Assembly: GCA_046861395.1 (NCBI GenBank)
Contig: JBHHUC010000013.1
Coordinates: 1-42,183 of the forward strand
Length of the DNA: 42,183 nucleotides
Direction of reading: 5' to 3'
Source of the DNA: Fidelibacterota bacterium
Lineage (GTDB): Bacteria > Fidelibacterota > Marinisomatia > Marinisomatales > JABMOV01
In this document: piece by piece, positions 10,027 to 19,863 of the stretch
How positions within the stretch are numbered: position 1 is the first letter of the stretch
Layout: every line of letters starts with the position of its first letter
Position numbers and translations under genes: made by a program
The notes under the pieces: generated by a model
The model's database searches: none
Told to the model about the DNA's origin: nothing
The model's input: only the letters and a program-made list of their open reading frames with translations

Positions 10027-11427
10027 ATGACAGTGCAAAATCAGGTCGTACGGAATCTATTATACTGGACAACCCGGAATAAATGGTTGCTGGTTGCTGG
10101 TCTGGTTTGCCTGATTCTTTTATGTCTACATCCGCCGGCAGGGTTGAACGTAGCAGGCTGGCGAACCATTATTATAGCCATCACGGCTCTCATCCTAATT
10201 GTATCTGAACCCATTCCCTTGCCTGGAATCGCGTTTATAATTGTTGTTTTACAGGTCTATTTCGGTATTGCCGAGGCCAATATGGTGGCCAAAGCTTTCA
10301 TGAACGATGCTGTTTTCTTCATCATGGGGTCTTTGATGCTGGCGGTGGCCATTGTAAAACAGGGCTGGGATGCCCGCATTGCATTGGGCATTATTAAAAT
10401 TACCGGAAATAAAACCCATCAGATTGCATTTGGATTTTCCGTGTTATCGGCTGTCTTATCCTCGTTTATCGGTTCTCACACTGTAGCCGCAGTAATGTTG
10501 CCCATTGGATTGACCCTGATCCGATACACGTCTCAAGATCAGCAAAAAGTAAAAAAACTGGCCAGTCTGATCCTTTTTTCCATTGCCTATGGAAGCCTTA
10601 TCGGATCTATCGGCACGCCTTCCGGCGGTGGCCGAAATGCCATTATCCTGGTATATTGGAAAGAATACGGGTTGTCATCTCTCAGTTATTGGGAATGGAT
10701 GAAATATGCCTATCCCTTAGTATTCCTGCAATTACCCTTTTTATCCTGGATTCTGCGAAAGAATTTTGTTCCAGAATACATCCAGATGGATTCCAGCATC
10801 CGAAGGCTGAAAGTGCAGGTTGCCAAAGCAGGTAAAATTACCGGCAAGCAGCTTTTGGCTGCCTTTATTTTCATGTTAATCCTGGCCGGCTGGATTTTTT
10901 ATTCCGAACAATACGGATTAGGCATGATTTCGGTGACGGGAGTTGTACTATATTTGATTGTTGGTATTGTGAAATGGGAAGATTTCGATCGCCATGTCAA
11001 TTGGGGGGTTGTCATTTTATTCGGGGCAGCCATTTCACTGGGTGTGCAGATAAAAAATACTGGTGCAGCCGCGTGGATTGCCGAAAATATCATACAGATT
11101 TCCGGTTCACTCATTCCCCGCTTTCCGATAATTGTGGACGGGATTAATGTATTGTTAACCACCATCATGGCCAATGTCCTATCCAGTACGGCCACCGTGG
11201 CCGTATTGGCACCAATTACTATTAATTTGCCCGGTAATATGATCCATTCGGGGATGCTGACCGCCATCGCCTCGGCCTTTGGGTATTTAACGGCATTTGC
11301 TGCTCCTCCCTGTGTCATCATCTATTCCAGCGGCCTGGTGCGTTCCAAGGATTTTCTGAAAGCCGGATGGAAAATGGGACTTATTTCCGTGGTTGCAGTA
11401 TTAATATTCTCAAATTTGTTCTGGTAA
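10027..11427 (+). CDS. SLC13/DASS family sodium-coupled anion symporter
   Basis: Polytopic; EPIPL, GSIGTPSGGGRNAI, VNWGVVILFG and a pseudo-repeat second half. Substrate unknown. Confidence 0.88.
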   Translation: MTVQNQVVRNLLYWTTRNKWLLVAGLVCLILLCLHPPAGLNVAGWRTIIIAITALILIVSEPIPLPGIAFIIVVLQVYFGIAEANMVAKAFMNDAVFFIMGSLMLAVAIVKQGWDARIALGIIKITGNKTHQIAFGFSVLSAVLSSFIGSHTVAAVMLPIGLTLIRYTSQDQQKVKKLASLILFSIAYGSLIGSIGTPSGGGRNAIILVYWKEYGLSSLSYWEWMKYAYPLVFLQLPFLSWILRKNFVPEYIQMDSSIRRLKVQVAKAGKITGKQLLAAFIFMLILAGWIFYSEQYGLGMISVTGVVLYLIVGIVKWEDFDRHVNWGVVILFGAAISLGVQIKNTGAAAWIAENIIQISGSLIPRFPIIVDGINVLLTTIMANVLSSTATVAVLAPITINLPGNMIHSGMLTAIASAFGYLTAFAAPPCVIIYSSGLVRSKDFLKAGWKMGLISVVAVLIFSNLFW

Positions 11428-11443
11428 GGCAGGACAGGAATGA

Positions 11444-12340
11444 ATGGAGTTAGGCATGAAATTTCTCATTGCAATCGGTAGTAAAGAATATTCCGAACCG
11501 ACGTTGAGGATTGGCATGAGAGTGGCGCGAGCCTTCAAAGCTTCCGTTACGATTTGTTATGTAGGTCCCCGCATCAGCGCTTTTTCAACACACGAAGTAC
11601 AGTTGGCCCAGGAAAGTCTGGAGCGCTGGGACATGAAACGCCCTGGAGTGGAGGTGCTAGAATGGGCCTTTAATTTTTTAGCAGACCGGGATTATATTAC
11701 ACCGGAAGTTGTGGAAACCGGTTTTCAGGAGAACCTACTCATTCAGCATCAGGAGCACCGGGCTCAATTATTGCTGCAAGGGACCATTTGCAAGGATGTG
11801 GAACTCATTCTGCGCAACGGTGATATCATTGATGAATTGCGTCAGGAAGTCAACGCGGAACATTATGATGTCACGATAATCGGTGGAAGCCAGCGCCGTC
11901 GAATGGTTCATGACTTAATCCAATATATTGATAGTTCCATTTTTGTCGTGAATAAGTTTAATTATAAAATGAGATACGGATTATTGGTACCTGTAAATGA
12001 TAGTCTGAGTACCGCCAAAGCCGTTAAATACAGTATTCGGGTAGCCCAAGCCTTTGAAATTCCTGTGGATATTCTTACCGTTTCACGGAAAGAAAAATTT
12101 GGTCAGGGATATTTAAATGCCTCCAGGAGGGCGGCCAAAACCATGCGGCGGGCCGGGATTGAACATCAGACCCATTTTGAAATTGGCGAAGCCGATGAAG
12201 TCATTCGGGAAATGGCCGGGAATAACCATATAATTGTGATGGGCATTTCACAGAAAAACCCATTAAAAAAATTCCTGTTCGGCAGTAAGCCGACCCGCGT
12301 CCTGGAAAAAGCTAAAGTTCCTGTTCTGCTGGTTAAGTAA
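11444..12340 (+). CDS. Tandem-domain universal stress protein
   Basis: Two USP-like halves (KFLIAI...YDVTIIGG; LLVPVNDS...IIVMG...LFGSKPTRVLEKAKVPVLLVK). Start could be ATG 11456. Confidence 0.85.
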   Translation: MELGMKFLIAIGSKEYSEPTLRIGMRVARAFKASVTICYVGPRISAFSTHEVQLAQESLERWDMKRPGVEVLEWAFNFLADRDYITPEVVETGFQENLLIQHQEHRAQLLLQGTICKDVELILRNGDIIDELRQEVNAEHYDVTIIGGSQRRRMVHDLIQYIDSSIFVVNKFNYKMRYGLLVPVNDSLSTAKAVKYSIRVAQAFEIPVDILTVSRKEKFGQGYLNASRRAAKTMRRAGIEHQTHFEIGEADEVIREMAGNNHIIVMGISQKNPLKKFLFGSKPTRVLEKAKVPVLLVK

Positions 12341-12660
12341 GGCCGAATCTCTGACGATACGGAACCGTTTTCGGCTGGCCAGTATTGCCGGGATGGCAAA
12401 AGGGTAATATTTCTCCAGTATTCTCGGAATCCAATTCTGGACACAATATTCTGAAAAACAGGAAAAATTTCTTCACCAGTTTCCTTTCCTGTTGGTAACT
12501 TTCTGCTTCGTACGATTGAAGCCTGGTGACCGGTTCATAACGGCAGGATTCAGGTAATGCACGTGACAAGAAATTGTTTATTGAATATCAACCCGATAAG
12601 GATTTTTCCCTCTCTGGGAAAGTGTCCGTTTCATCTATACCCACCACCCCTTAATCAGGA

Positions 12661-13854
12661 ATGAAAAACATGCAAAACGAAAATACTCCCGTAATTGTCG
12701 GTTCAAAACGCACGGCGGTGGGAGCCTTCCAGGGATCGTTGGCCACCGTCCCGGCCCCGGAACTGGGAGCGACTGTCATAGCCGCACTCCTGCACGAGAC
12801 CACTACCGATGAAAACGAAATTGATGAAGTCATTATGGGTAATGTTTTATCGGCCGGATTGGGCCAGGCTCCGGCGCGACAGGCTGCTATAAAAGCGGGA
12901 TTGCCGAATGCTGTGGAATGCCTCACCATAAATAAAATGTGCGGGTCCGGTTTAAAGGCCGTCATGTTGGCTGCTCAGGCCATCCAGTTGGGAGATGCGC
13001 AAACTATCATCGCCGGCGGGATGGAAAACATGTCCCTGGCGCCATATCTGCTGCCGAAAGCCCGCGGGGGATATCGGTTGGGGCATGGACAAATTATCGA
13101 TGCCATGATCAAAGATGGTTTATGGGATGTTTATAATGATATTCACATGGGGAACTGTGCCGAAATATGTGCCCGAGACCGTTCGTATTCGCGGGAAGCC
13201 CAGGATGCATTTGCGCGGCAGTCATATGAAAAAGCCAATGCTGCTCAGAAAAACGGTCTTTTCCAGGATGAAATTATTCCCGTGAACGTCCCCCGGCGAA
13301 AAGGAGATCCGGTTGTAGTAGCACAGGACGAGGAACCACAGCGGGCGGATTTTGATAAAATGACAAGACTTCGTCCGGCCTTTGAGAAAGACGGTACCAT
13401 AACCGCCGCCAATGCCTCCAAAATCAATGATGGTGCTGCAGCCGTATTGCTGCGGTCTGCTTCCGCCCTGAATACTACCGACGTGGCCTTTCGTATTATT
13501 GCCCAAGCTTCGGCTGCCCAGGCACCGGAATGGTTCACGACAGCTCCAAGCAAGGCCATTGCCAAAGTTCTGGAGAAAGCTGGCATGGCTGTAGCTGATA
13601 TCGATGCCTGGGAAATCAACGAAGCATTCGCACCGGTGGCCATGGCTGCTATTGATGAATTTAATCTGGAACCGGATAAAGTTAATATTCATGGTGGTGC
13701 CATTGCCTTGGGACATCCTATCGGTGCCAGCGGAGCCCGGATACTCACAACCTTATTACATGTCCTGGAGACCGGGGAACAATCCACGGGTCTGGCGACG
13801 TTATGCATTGGCGGGGGAGAAGCTTCGGCCTTAATTGTGGAGAGAATACAATGA
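12661..13854 (+). CDS. Acetyl-CoA C-acetyltransferase (thiolase)
   Basis: INKMCGSGL, NEAF, GHPIGASG and CIGGG catalytic motifs. Start could be 12670. Confidence 0.96.
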   Translation: MKNMQNENTPVIVGSKRTAVGAFQGSLATVPAPELGATVIAALLHETTTDENEIDEVIMGNVLSAGLGQAPARQAAIKAGLPNAVECLTINKMCGSGLKAVMLAAQAIQLGDAQTIIAGGMENMSLAPYLLPKARGGYRLGHGQIIDAMIKDGLWDVYNDIHMGNCAEICARDRSYSREAQDAFARQSYEKANAAQKNGLFQDEIIPVNVPRRKGDPVVVAQDEEPQRADFDKMTRLRPAFEKDGTITAANASKINDGAAAVLLRSASALNTTDVAFRIIAQASAAQAPEWFTTAPSKAIAKVLEKAGMAVADIDAWEINEAFAPVAMAAIDEFNLEPDKVNIHGGAIALGHPIGASGARILTTLLHVLETGEQSTGLATLCIGGGEASALIVERIQ

Positions 13855-14990
13855 ATTTTCAATTATCGGGGGAACATGAATTAATTCGTCAGACAGCCAG
13901 GCAGTTTGCTGAGGAACACCTCGCACCCGGCGTTATTGAGCGGGATGACAAGGCTATTTTTCCTGCCGGACAAGTTAAATTGATGGGTGAGTTGGGCTTC
14001 CTGGGGATGATGGTTCCCGAGAAGTGGAATGGCGCTGGCATGGATGCCTTGAGTTACGTTATCGGCATGGAAGAAATCAGCAAAGTCGATGCTTCAGCCG
14101 GAGTCATTATGTCCGTCAATAATTCCCTGGTCTGTCAGATCTTTCTGGATTGGGCTTCGGATGAACAGAAAGAAAAATATTTAACCAGACTGGCCACAGG
14201 CGAATGGTTGGGAGCGTTCAGCCTCAGCGAACCGCAATCCGGATCCGACGCCAGCAATATGCGCACGGTGGCCGTCAGAGATGGCGATGATTATGTCATC
14301 AACGGTACGAAAAACTGGGTGACAAACGGAAAAAGTTCCGATCTGGTGTTGGTGTTCGCGATTACGGAAAAAGGAGTGGGATATAAAGGGATTTCCCTCT
14401 TCATCGTGGAAAAAGGGACACCGGGTTTTTCCACGGGAGAAAAAGAAAATAAACTGGGAATTCGGGGGTCTGATACCTGCGAATTATATTTTGATAATTG
14501 CCGTGTTCCGGCCGTCAATATGATCGGGGAAGAAGGATATGGGTTCCGGATCGCCATGAAAACTCTGAACGGCGGCCGGATCGGCATTGCCTCACAGGCT
14601 TTGGGCATTGCCCAGGCATCTCTGGAACGCAGTATAGCCTATGCCAAGGAACGAAAACAATTTGGGAAAACGATTGGGGAATTTGGTGCGGTTCAATCCA
14701 AAATTGCGCGCATGGGGACCCATGTGGATGCCGCTCGTTTATTGATATATCGGGCCGCCGTCATGAAAGATGAACATAAGAACTATGCCAAGGAAGCCGC
14801 CATGGCGAAACTTTTTGCCTCCCAGACGGCGGTGGATGCGGCCCGTAATTGTGTTCAGATCCACGGCGGGTACGGATACATGCAGGAAACAGGCGTGGAA
14901 CGATTGATGCGTGACGCAAAAATCACTCAGATTTATGAAGGGACCAGCGAAATACAGGAATTAGTCATTGCGCGTGAACTCATGAAATGA
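13851..14990 (+). CDS. Acyl-CoA dehydrogenase (short/branched-chain, butyryl-CoA dehydrogenase-like)
   Basis: FSLSEPQSGSD, NGTKNWVTNG, KLGIRGS, QIHGGYGY, IYEGTSEIQ. Start reassigned to ATG 13851 (MNFQLS), an ATGA overlap with the thiolase stop. Confidence 0.95.
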   Translation: MNFQLSGEHELIRQTARQFAEEHLAPGVIERDDKAIFPAGQVKLMGELGFLGMMVPEKWNGAGMDALSYVIGMEEISKVDASAGVIMSVNNSLVCQIFLDWASDEQKEKYLTRLATGEWLGAFSLSEPQSGSDASNMRTVAVRDGDDYVINGTKNWVTNGKSSDLVLVFAITEKGVGYKGISLFIVEKGTPGFSTGEKENKLGIRGSDTCELYFDNCRVPAVNMIGEEGYGFRIAMKTLNGGRIGIASQALGIAQASLERSIAYAKERKQFGKTIGEFGAVQSKIARMGTHVDAARLLIYRAAVMKDEHKNYAKEAAMAKLFASQTAVDAARNCVQIHGGYGYMQETGVERLMRDAKITQIYEGTSEIQELVIARELMK

Positions 14991-15028
14991 ATTATGTTAT
15001 CAATGGTGACTAAATGAAAGGATAAACC

Positions 15029-16132
15029 ATGTCAGATGTATTTAAATCCATGGAATACAAAGAACATGAACAAGTGGCATTTTTCAATGATCCCGACACC
15101 GGATTAAGATCCATAGTCGCGATCCACAATACGACCATTGGACCAGCATTAGGGGGCTGTCGGATGTTACCCTACAGTACGGAGGAGGAAGCACTGAAAG
15201 ATGTACTTCGCCTGTCACGGGGTATGTCGTACAAAGCAGCATTGGCAGGCCTTAATCTGGGCGGTGGAAAATCCGTGATAATCGGGGACGCCAAAACCGA
15301 TAAGTCAGAATTACTTTTTCGTTCTTTTGGCCGTTTTGTGGAAGGCCTGGGGGGGCGATACATTACTGCCGAAGATGTGGGGACATCCGTACGTGATATG
15401 GAGTGGGTACGCATGGAAACACAGTATGTGACGGGTATTTCACGTGCTCTGGGGGGAAGCGGTGATCCGTCTCCCGTCACGGCTTACGGTGTTTTTAAGG
15501 GAATGCAAGCCGCCGTGAAATACCAGATGGGTAAAGATAGCTTGTCGGGATTAAGTATCTCTGTACAGGGTGTGGGCCATGTGGGATACCATCTCTGCCG
15601 ATATTTATACGAAGATGGAGCAAATGTATATGTGACGGATGTCGATGAAAGCGCCTTGAAGCGCGTGGCCAAGGAATTTGGTGCCACGGTCGTTGGATTG
15701 GATGAAATATACGATCAGAAAGTGAATATTTATGCACCCTGCGCCCTGGGAGCGACCGTCAACGATGAAACACTGGAACGGTTGCAATGCACCATCATTT
15801 CGGGGGCGGCCAACAATCAATTGGCTACCGAAACCAAACATGGTCAAATGGTGAAGGAAAAGGGAATCCTATATGCACCCGATTATGCCATCAATGCCGG
15901 CGGTTTGATTAACGTGGCCAATGAAATCGATGGGTATAACAGGGAACGGGCGTTTTCCCAGACAGACGGCGTCTATGATACCTTGTTGAAAATCTTTGAG
16001 GTCGCCGATGATGAAAACATCCCGACCCATGTGGCAGCCAACAGGGTAGCGGAAAAACGCATGGAAGAAATTTCTAAATTGAAGAGTATTTATTTACCTC
16101 GGATCAATACGATGAGTAGACGTGACCACTGA
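15029..16132 (+). CDS. Glu/Leu/Phe/Val dehydrogenase, most like leucine dehydrogenase
   Basis: HEQV, GPALGGCR, MSYKAALAGLNLGGGK, YITAEDVGT, GVGHVG, GAANNQL. Confidence 0.93.
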   Translation: MSDVFKSMEYKEHEQVAFFNDPDTGLRSIVAIHNTTIGPALGGCRMLPYSTEEEALKDVLRLSRGMSYKAALAGLNLGGGKSVIIGDAKTDKSELLFRSFGRFVEGLGGRYITAEDVGTSVRDMEWVRMETQYVTGISRALGGSGDPSPVTAYGVFKGMQAAVKYQMGKDSLSGLSISVQGVGHVGYHLCRYLYEDGANVYVTDVDESALKRVAKEFGATVVGLDEIYDQKVNIYAPCALGATVNDETLERLQCTIISGAANNQLATETKHGQMVKEKGILYAPDYAINAGGLINVANEIDGYNRERAFSQTDGVYDTLLKIFEVADDENIPTHVAANRVAEKRMEEISKLKSIYLPRINTMSRRDH

Positions 16133-16568
16133 AAAAAAGCATCCCCGCCGCGCGGGAAGAGAAGCTGTCCTCCAAGCCCTGTTCGCCCTTGAAATTTCAG
16201 GGGATGAACCGGAGAAAGTCTTGGAGGACATCCTGTCCCGCTATCAATTCGATGGGAAAACCAGCGATTTCGTCCATCAGCTGTTTCATAATGCCCTGCG
16301 TTATAAATCCTGGGCGGAAGATAAAATTCGTCAATTCCTGGAAAATTGGCGGTTTGAGCGCGTAGCCCGGATTGACCGCCTGATTCTCATCCTGGCCATC
16401 AGTGAAATACACACCATAGACACGGTTCCGCCCAAAGTTTCGATTGCGGAAGCGATTGAAATTGCTAAAATTTACAGTACGGATGAAAGTCCCGGGTTCG
16501 TGAACGGCATCTTGGATGCAGTGTATAAAGAATTCAATGATAAATCAAATGAAAAGAAAACTCAATGA
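16122..16568 (+). CDS. nusB: Transcription antitermination factor NusB
   Basis: RRAGREAVLQALF, NWRFERVARIDRLIL, PPKVSIAEAIEIAK, FVNGILD; GTG start. Confidence 0.95.
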   Translation: MTTEKKHPRRAGREAVLQALFALEISGDEPEKVLEDILSRYQFDGKTSDFVHQLFHNALRYKSWAEDKIRQFLENWRFERVARIDRLILILAISEIHTIDTVPPKVSIAEAIEIAKIYSTDESPGFVNGILDAVYKEFNDKSNEKKTQ

Positions 16569-19500
16569 TTCAAGCACTACTTAAGAAAATATTTGGTACC
16601 AAATCAGAACGGGAAGTGAAAATGCTTTCCGGAACGGTAGCGGAAATCAACCGGGTCTATGAAACACTGCATGATGTCACGGATGAAAAATTGCAGGAAC
16701 GAACCGAAGAATTCCGGACCATGCTTGCCAATCAATGGGAAAGAATTCAGACCGAAGGTGAAAAGCAAGGACTGGACTCGGTTGAAATAAAAAAACAGCA
16801 GCTGAAAGCCCAGGAAAAATCCTTGAATGAAATTTTACCGGAAGCATTTGCCATGGTGAAAGAGACCTGTCGCCGCATGTGTGGGTCGTCCTGGATGGCG
16901 GTGGGGCAACCCATCGAGTGGGAAATGGTTCCCTACGATGTACAATTAATCGGTGCCATTGTCCTTCATCAGGGGAAGGTCGCCGAAATGAAAACCGGAG
17001 AAGGAAAAACCCTGGTGGCAACTATGCCCATTTATTTAAATGCCCTAACCGGGCGTGGAGTCCATGTCATTACGGTTAATGATTATCTGGCCCAGCGTGA
17101 TGCCGAATGGATGGGTGAAATATATCGTCGCCTGGGTCTGACGGTGGGATTTATTTTGAACAACATGGATAATCAGGTCCGCCGGGAAGAATATGCCAAA
17201 GATATCATCTATGGAACGAACAATGAATTCGGTTTCGATTATCTCCGGGATAACATGGCTCTGGCCCCGGAAGATCAAGTCCAGCGCGGCCATGCCTATG
17301 CCGTGGTTGATGAGGTGGACAGTGTTCTGATCGATGAAGCCCGGACACCCCTGATTATTTCCGGTGCCGTTGACAGTCCCGTGGACCAAACATCGCAGGA
17401 ACTCAAACCGCTGGTTCAGAACCTGGTTCGAAAACAGAATGCTCTGGTTGCGGATTTGGTCCGGGAAGCGGAAAAATTCATCCAGGGAGGTGATGAAAGG
17501 GCGGCCGGGCTGAAACTCCTCCAGGCCAGTCGGGGTAATCCAAAACACCGGCAATTGCAGAAGATTTTTCAGGAACCCCGTACCAAGCAAATGGCACACA
17601 ATGTGGAATCCGAATATCTTCGCGATAAACGAATGCATGAAGTAGACGAGGATCTCTACTTCGCCATCGAAGAGAAAACGCATACGATTGATATCACAGA
17701 TAAGGGTCGTAAAGTCCTGGCACCCAATAATCCTGAAACATTCATCATTCCGGATATTGTTGAATTGCTGCACGATGTGGATGCCAATGAAAATCTTTCC
17801 GACACGGAAAAGACCCAGGAAAAAGAAAAGATTCATCAACTGCATGCCGAACGCAGCAGTAAAATTCATACCATCAATCAATTATTACGGGCTTATACCC
17901 TGTATGAAAAAGATGTGGATTATGTCGTTCAGGACGGCAAAGTATTGATTGTCGATGAATTCACTGGTCGTGTGTTACCGGGTCGTCGATACAGTGACGG
18001 CTTACATCAGGCACTGGAAGCCAAGGAAAATGTATCCATTGAACGGGAAACCCAAACCCTGGCGACCATTACCATTCAGAATTATTTCCGGTTATATGAT
18101 AAGTTGAGCGGAATGACCGGGACGGCCGAAACGGAAGCGGAAGAACTGGGATCGATTTATGATTTGGATGTCACTGTTATTCCCACCAATGTACCCGTCA
18201 TTCGTAAGGACTTAAATGACGTAATCTATAAAACAAAGCGTGAAAAATATAATGCCGTCATCGAAGAAATTGCCGAATGCTACAAAAAGGGACAACCGAC
18301 CCTGGTAGGAACGGTTACAGTGGAAGTCTCGGAATTGATTTCGCGTATGCTGAAACGGCGTGGAATCCCACATAATGTATTAAATGCCAAACATCATCAG
18401 CGAGAAGCAGAAATTGTGGCTCGTGCCGGGCAGCGCGGCGCCGTTACGATTGCCACCAATATGGCCGGTCGGGGAACGGATATTAAGCTGGGTGAAGGCA
18501 TCCGGGAATTGGGAGGATTACACATTATCGGGACGGAACGGCATGAATCACGACGCATTGATCTGCAGTTACGTGGTCGCTGTGGCCGCCAGGGCGATCC
18601 GGGTTCCACCCGGTTCTATTTGAGCCTGGAAGACGATCTCATGCGTCTGTTCGGAAGTGAACGAATTGCCGCCGTCATGGATAGAATGGGATTGGAAGAG
18701 GGAGAAGTCATCACGCACCGAATGGTGACCCGGGCCATTGAAAATGCACAAAAGAAAGTCGAAGCCCGGAATTTTGGCATACGAAAACATTTGCTGGAAT
18801 ATGATGATGTGATGAATCAACAGCGGCAGGTGGTTTATGATTTGAGAAATATGTCCCTCCACGGCGCTGATATGAAGGAAACCGTTCAGGAAATCATGGA
18901 AGCCTTTGTTGATGAAGAACTGGCTCAATATGAAGATCGGACACCGGACCAGTGGGATTGGGATCGCCTTCGAAATATTATTTCAACTCATATGTTGGTT
19001 GATCCGGCGCCGGAAACCATTGCTGGTGATAAAAGACTGGATCAGATTACATTGGAAGATGTCCGCGATTTTATTCTGACTGAAGCCAATGATATGTACC
19101 GGGTACGCGAATCAATGGTACCGGAAGATTTCATGCGCGGATTCGAACGATTCATTATTCTGCGTACCATTGATGAAAAATGGAAAGATCATCTCTATGG
19201 TATGGACCAGTTGCGGGAGGGGATAAATCTTAGGGCTTACGGACAGAAAAATCCGCTATTGGAATACAAATCAGAGGGTTTCCACATGTTTCAGGAAATG
19301 ATGGCTGACATGAACCGGGAAACCGTTCGACGTTTATTCCGCACACAGATTCAAGGCATTACGACGCCTACCCGTCCCCGCCAGCCCCAGGCCCGAAACA
19401 TTCAGGTACAACACGCTGATTCCTCGGGAATGGGTTTTCAGGGATCTTCAGGGAGCAACCGGGGTCAGGCCGCTCAGGTCAGCCGGGCTCCGATTCATGT

Positions 19501-19618
19501 GGAACAAAAAATTGGACGAAATGAAAAAGTGAATGTCATCAGTCCATCGGGGGATGTCATTACGATTAAATACAAAAAATTACAATCTTACCTTGATCGC
19601 GGTTATCGCCAGCAATAA
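16565..19618 (+). CDS. secA: Preprotein translocase ATPase SecA
   Basis: EMKTGEGKT, VNDYLAQRD, VDEVDSVLIDEARTPLIISG, ATNMAGRGTDIKL, QLRGRCGRQGDPG. Confidence 0.98.
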   Translation: MIQALLKKIFGTKSEREVKMLSGTVAEINRVYETLHDVTDEKLQERTEEFRTMLANQWERIQTEGEKQGLDSVEIKKQQLKAQEKSLNEILPEAFAMVKETCRRMCGSSWMAVGQPIEWEMVPYDVQLIGAIVLHQGKVAEMKTGEGKTLVATMPIYLNALTGRGVHVITVNDYLAQRDAEWMGEIYRRLGLTVGFILNNMDNQVRREEYAKDIIYGTNNEFGFDYLRDNMALAPEDQVQRGHAYAVVDEVDSVLIDEARTPLIISGAVDSPVDQTSQELKPLVQNLVRKQNALVADLVREAEKFIQGGDERAAGLKLLQASRGNPKHRQLQKIFQEPRTKQMAHNVESEYLRDKRMHEVDEDLYFAIEEKTHTIDITDKGRKVLAPNNPETFIIPDIVELLHDVDANENLSDTEKTQEKEKIHQLHAERSSKIHTINQLLRAYTLYEKDVDYVVQDGKVLIVDEFTGRVLPGRRYSDGLHQALEAKENVSIERETQTLATITIQNYFRLYDKLSGMTGTAETEAEELGSIYDLDVTVIPTNVPVIRKDLNDVIYKTKREKYNAVIEEIAECYKKGQPTLVGTVTVEVSELISRMLKRRGIPHNVLNAKHHQREAEIVARAGQRGAVTIATNMAGRGTDIKLGEGIRELGGLHIIGTERHESRRIDLQLRGRCGRQGDPGSTRFYLSLEDDLMRLFGSERIAAVMDRMGLEEGEVITHRMVTRAIENAQKKVEARNFGIRKHLLEYDDVMNQQRQVVYDLRNMSLHGADMKETVQEIMEAFVDEELAQYEDRTPDQWDWDRLRNIISTHMLVDPAPETIAGDKRLDQITLEDVRDFILTEANDMYRVRESMVPEDFMRGFERFIILRTIDEKWKDHLYGMDQLREGINLRAYGQKNPLLEYKSEGFHMFQEMMADMNRETVRRLFRTQIQGITTPTRPRQPQARNIQVQHADSSGMGFQGSSGSNRGQAAQVSRAPIHVEQKIGRNEKVNVISPSGDVITIKYKKLQSYLDRGYRQQ

Positions 19619-19756
19619 GTCAGGATCGCCGTATCTCTACGGGAAAGTAATAAATATCAATAATTATTGCACTTTTGGTTGTGTTGTGTATCAAACGATT
19701 GGAATTATTCGATTTTTTTTAATGACTCGTCGGAGGAAATTCATTACTTTCCTTTA

Positions 19757-19785
19757 TTGATTCGTAATGATTATTCTGGTAAAAT
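19757..19785 (+). promoter_or_regulatory. Candidate sigma70 promoter for the cohesin-repeat gene
   Basis: TTGATT (19757-19762), 17-nt spacer, TGn-TAAAAT (19777-19785); GGAGGA Shine-Dalgarno just before ATG 19864. Confidence 0.5.
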
Positions 19786-19863
19786 GCCTTCATTCATTTG
19801 AAGAATATTTGCGGAAAAGTTCACAATAATTTGATCATACATACACAAGTGTGGAGGAAGTCC

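Noticed and set aside
12333..12569. 78-aa minus-strand ORF in the USP-thiolase spacer
   Set aside because: TTG start, no SD, no recognisable motif; cannot be supported without homologues
13803..13850. N-terminal extensions in the ORF track (ACAD 13803, actB 9197, 19798, 29841, DUF302 32827)
   Set aside because: Downstream ATGs fit stop-start overlaps, SD or signal peptide positions and domain starts better
13852..16568. Other TGA stops (thiolase, ACAD, Leu dehydrogenase, nusB; also actA, actC, DUF302, SDR) as Sec candidates
   Set aside because: Proteins are full length at these stops and most overlap the next start codon; no Cys-equivalent context
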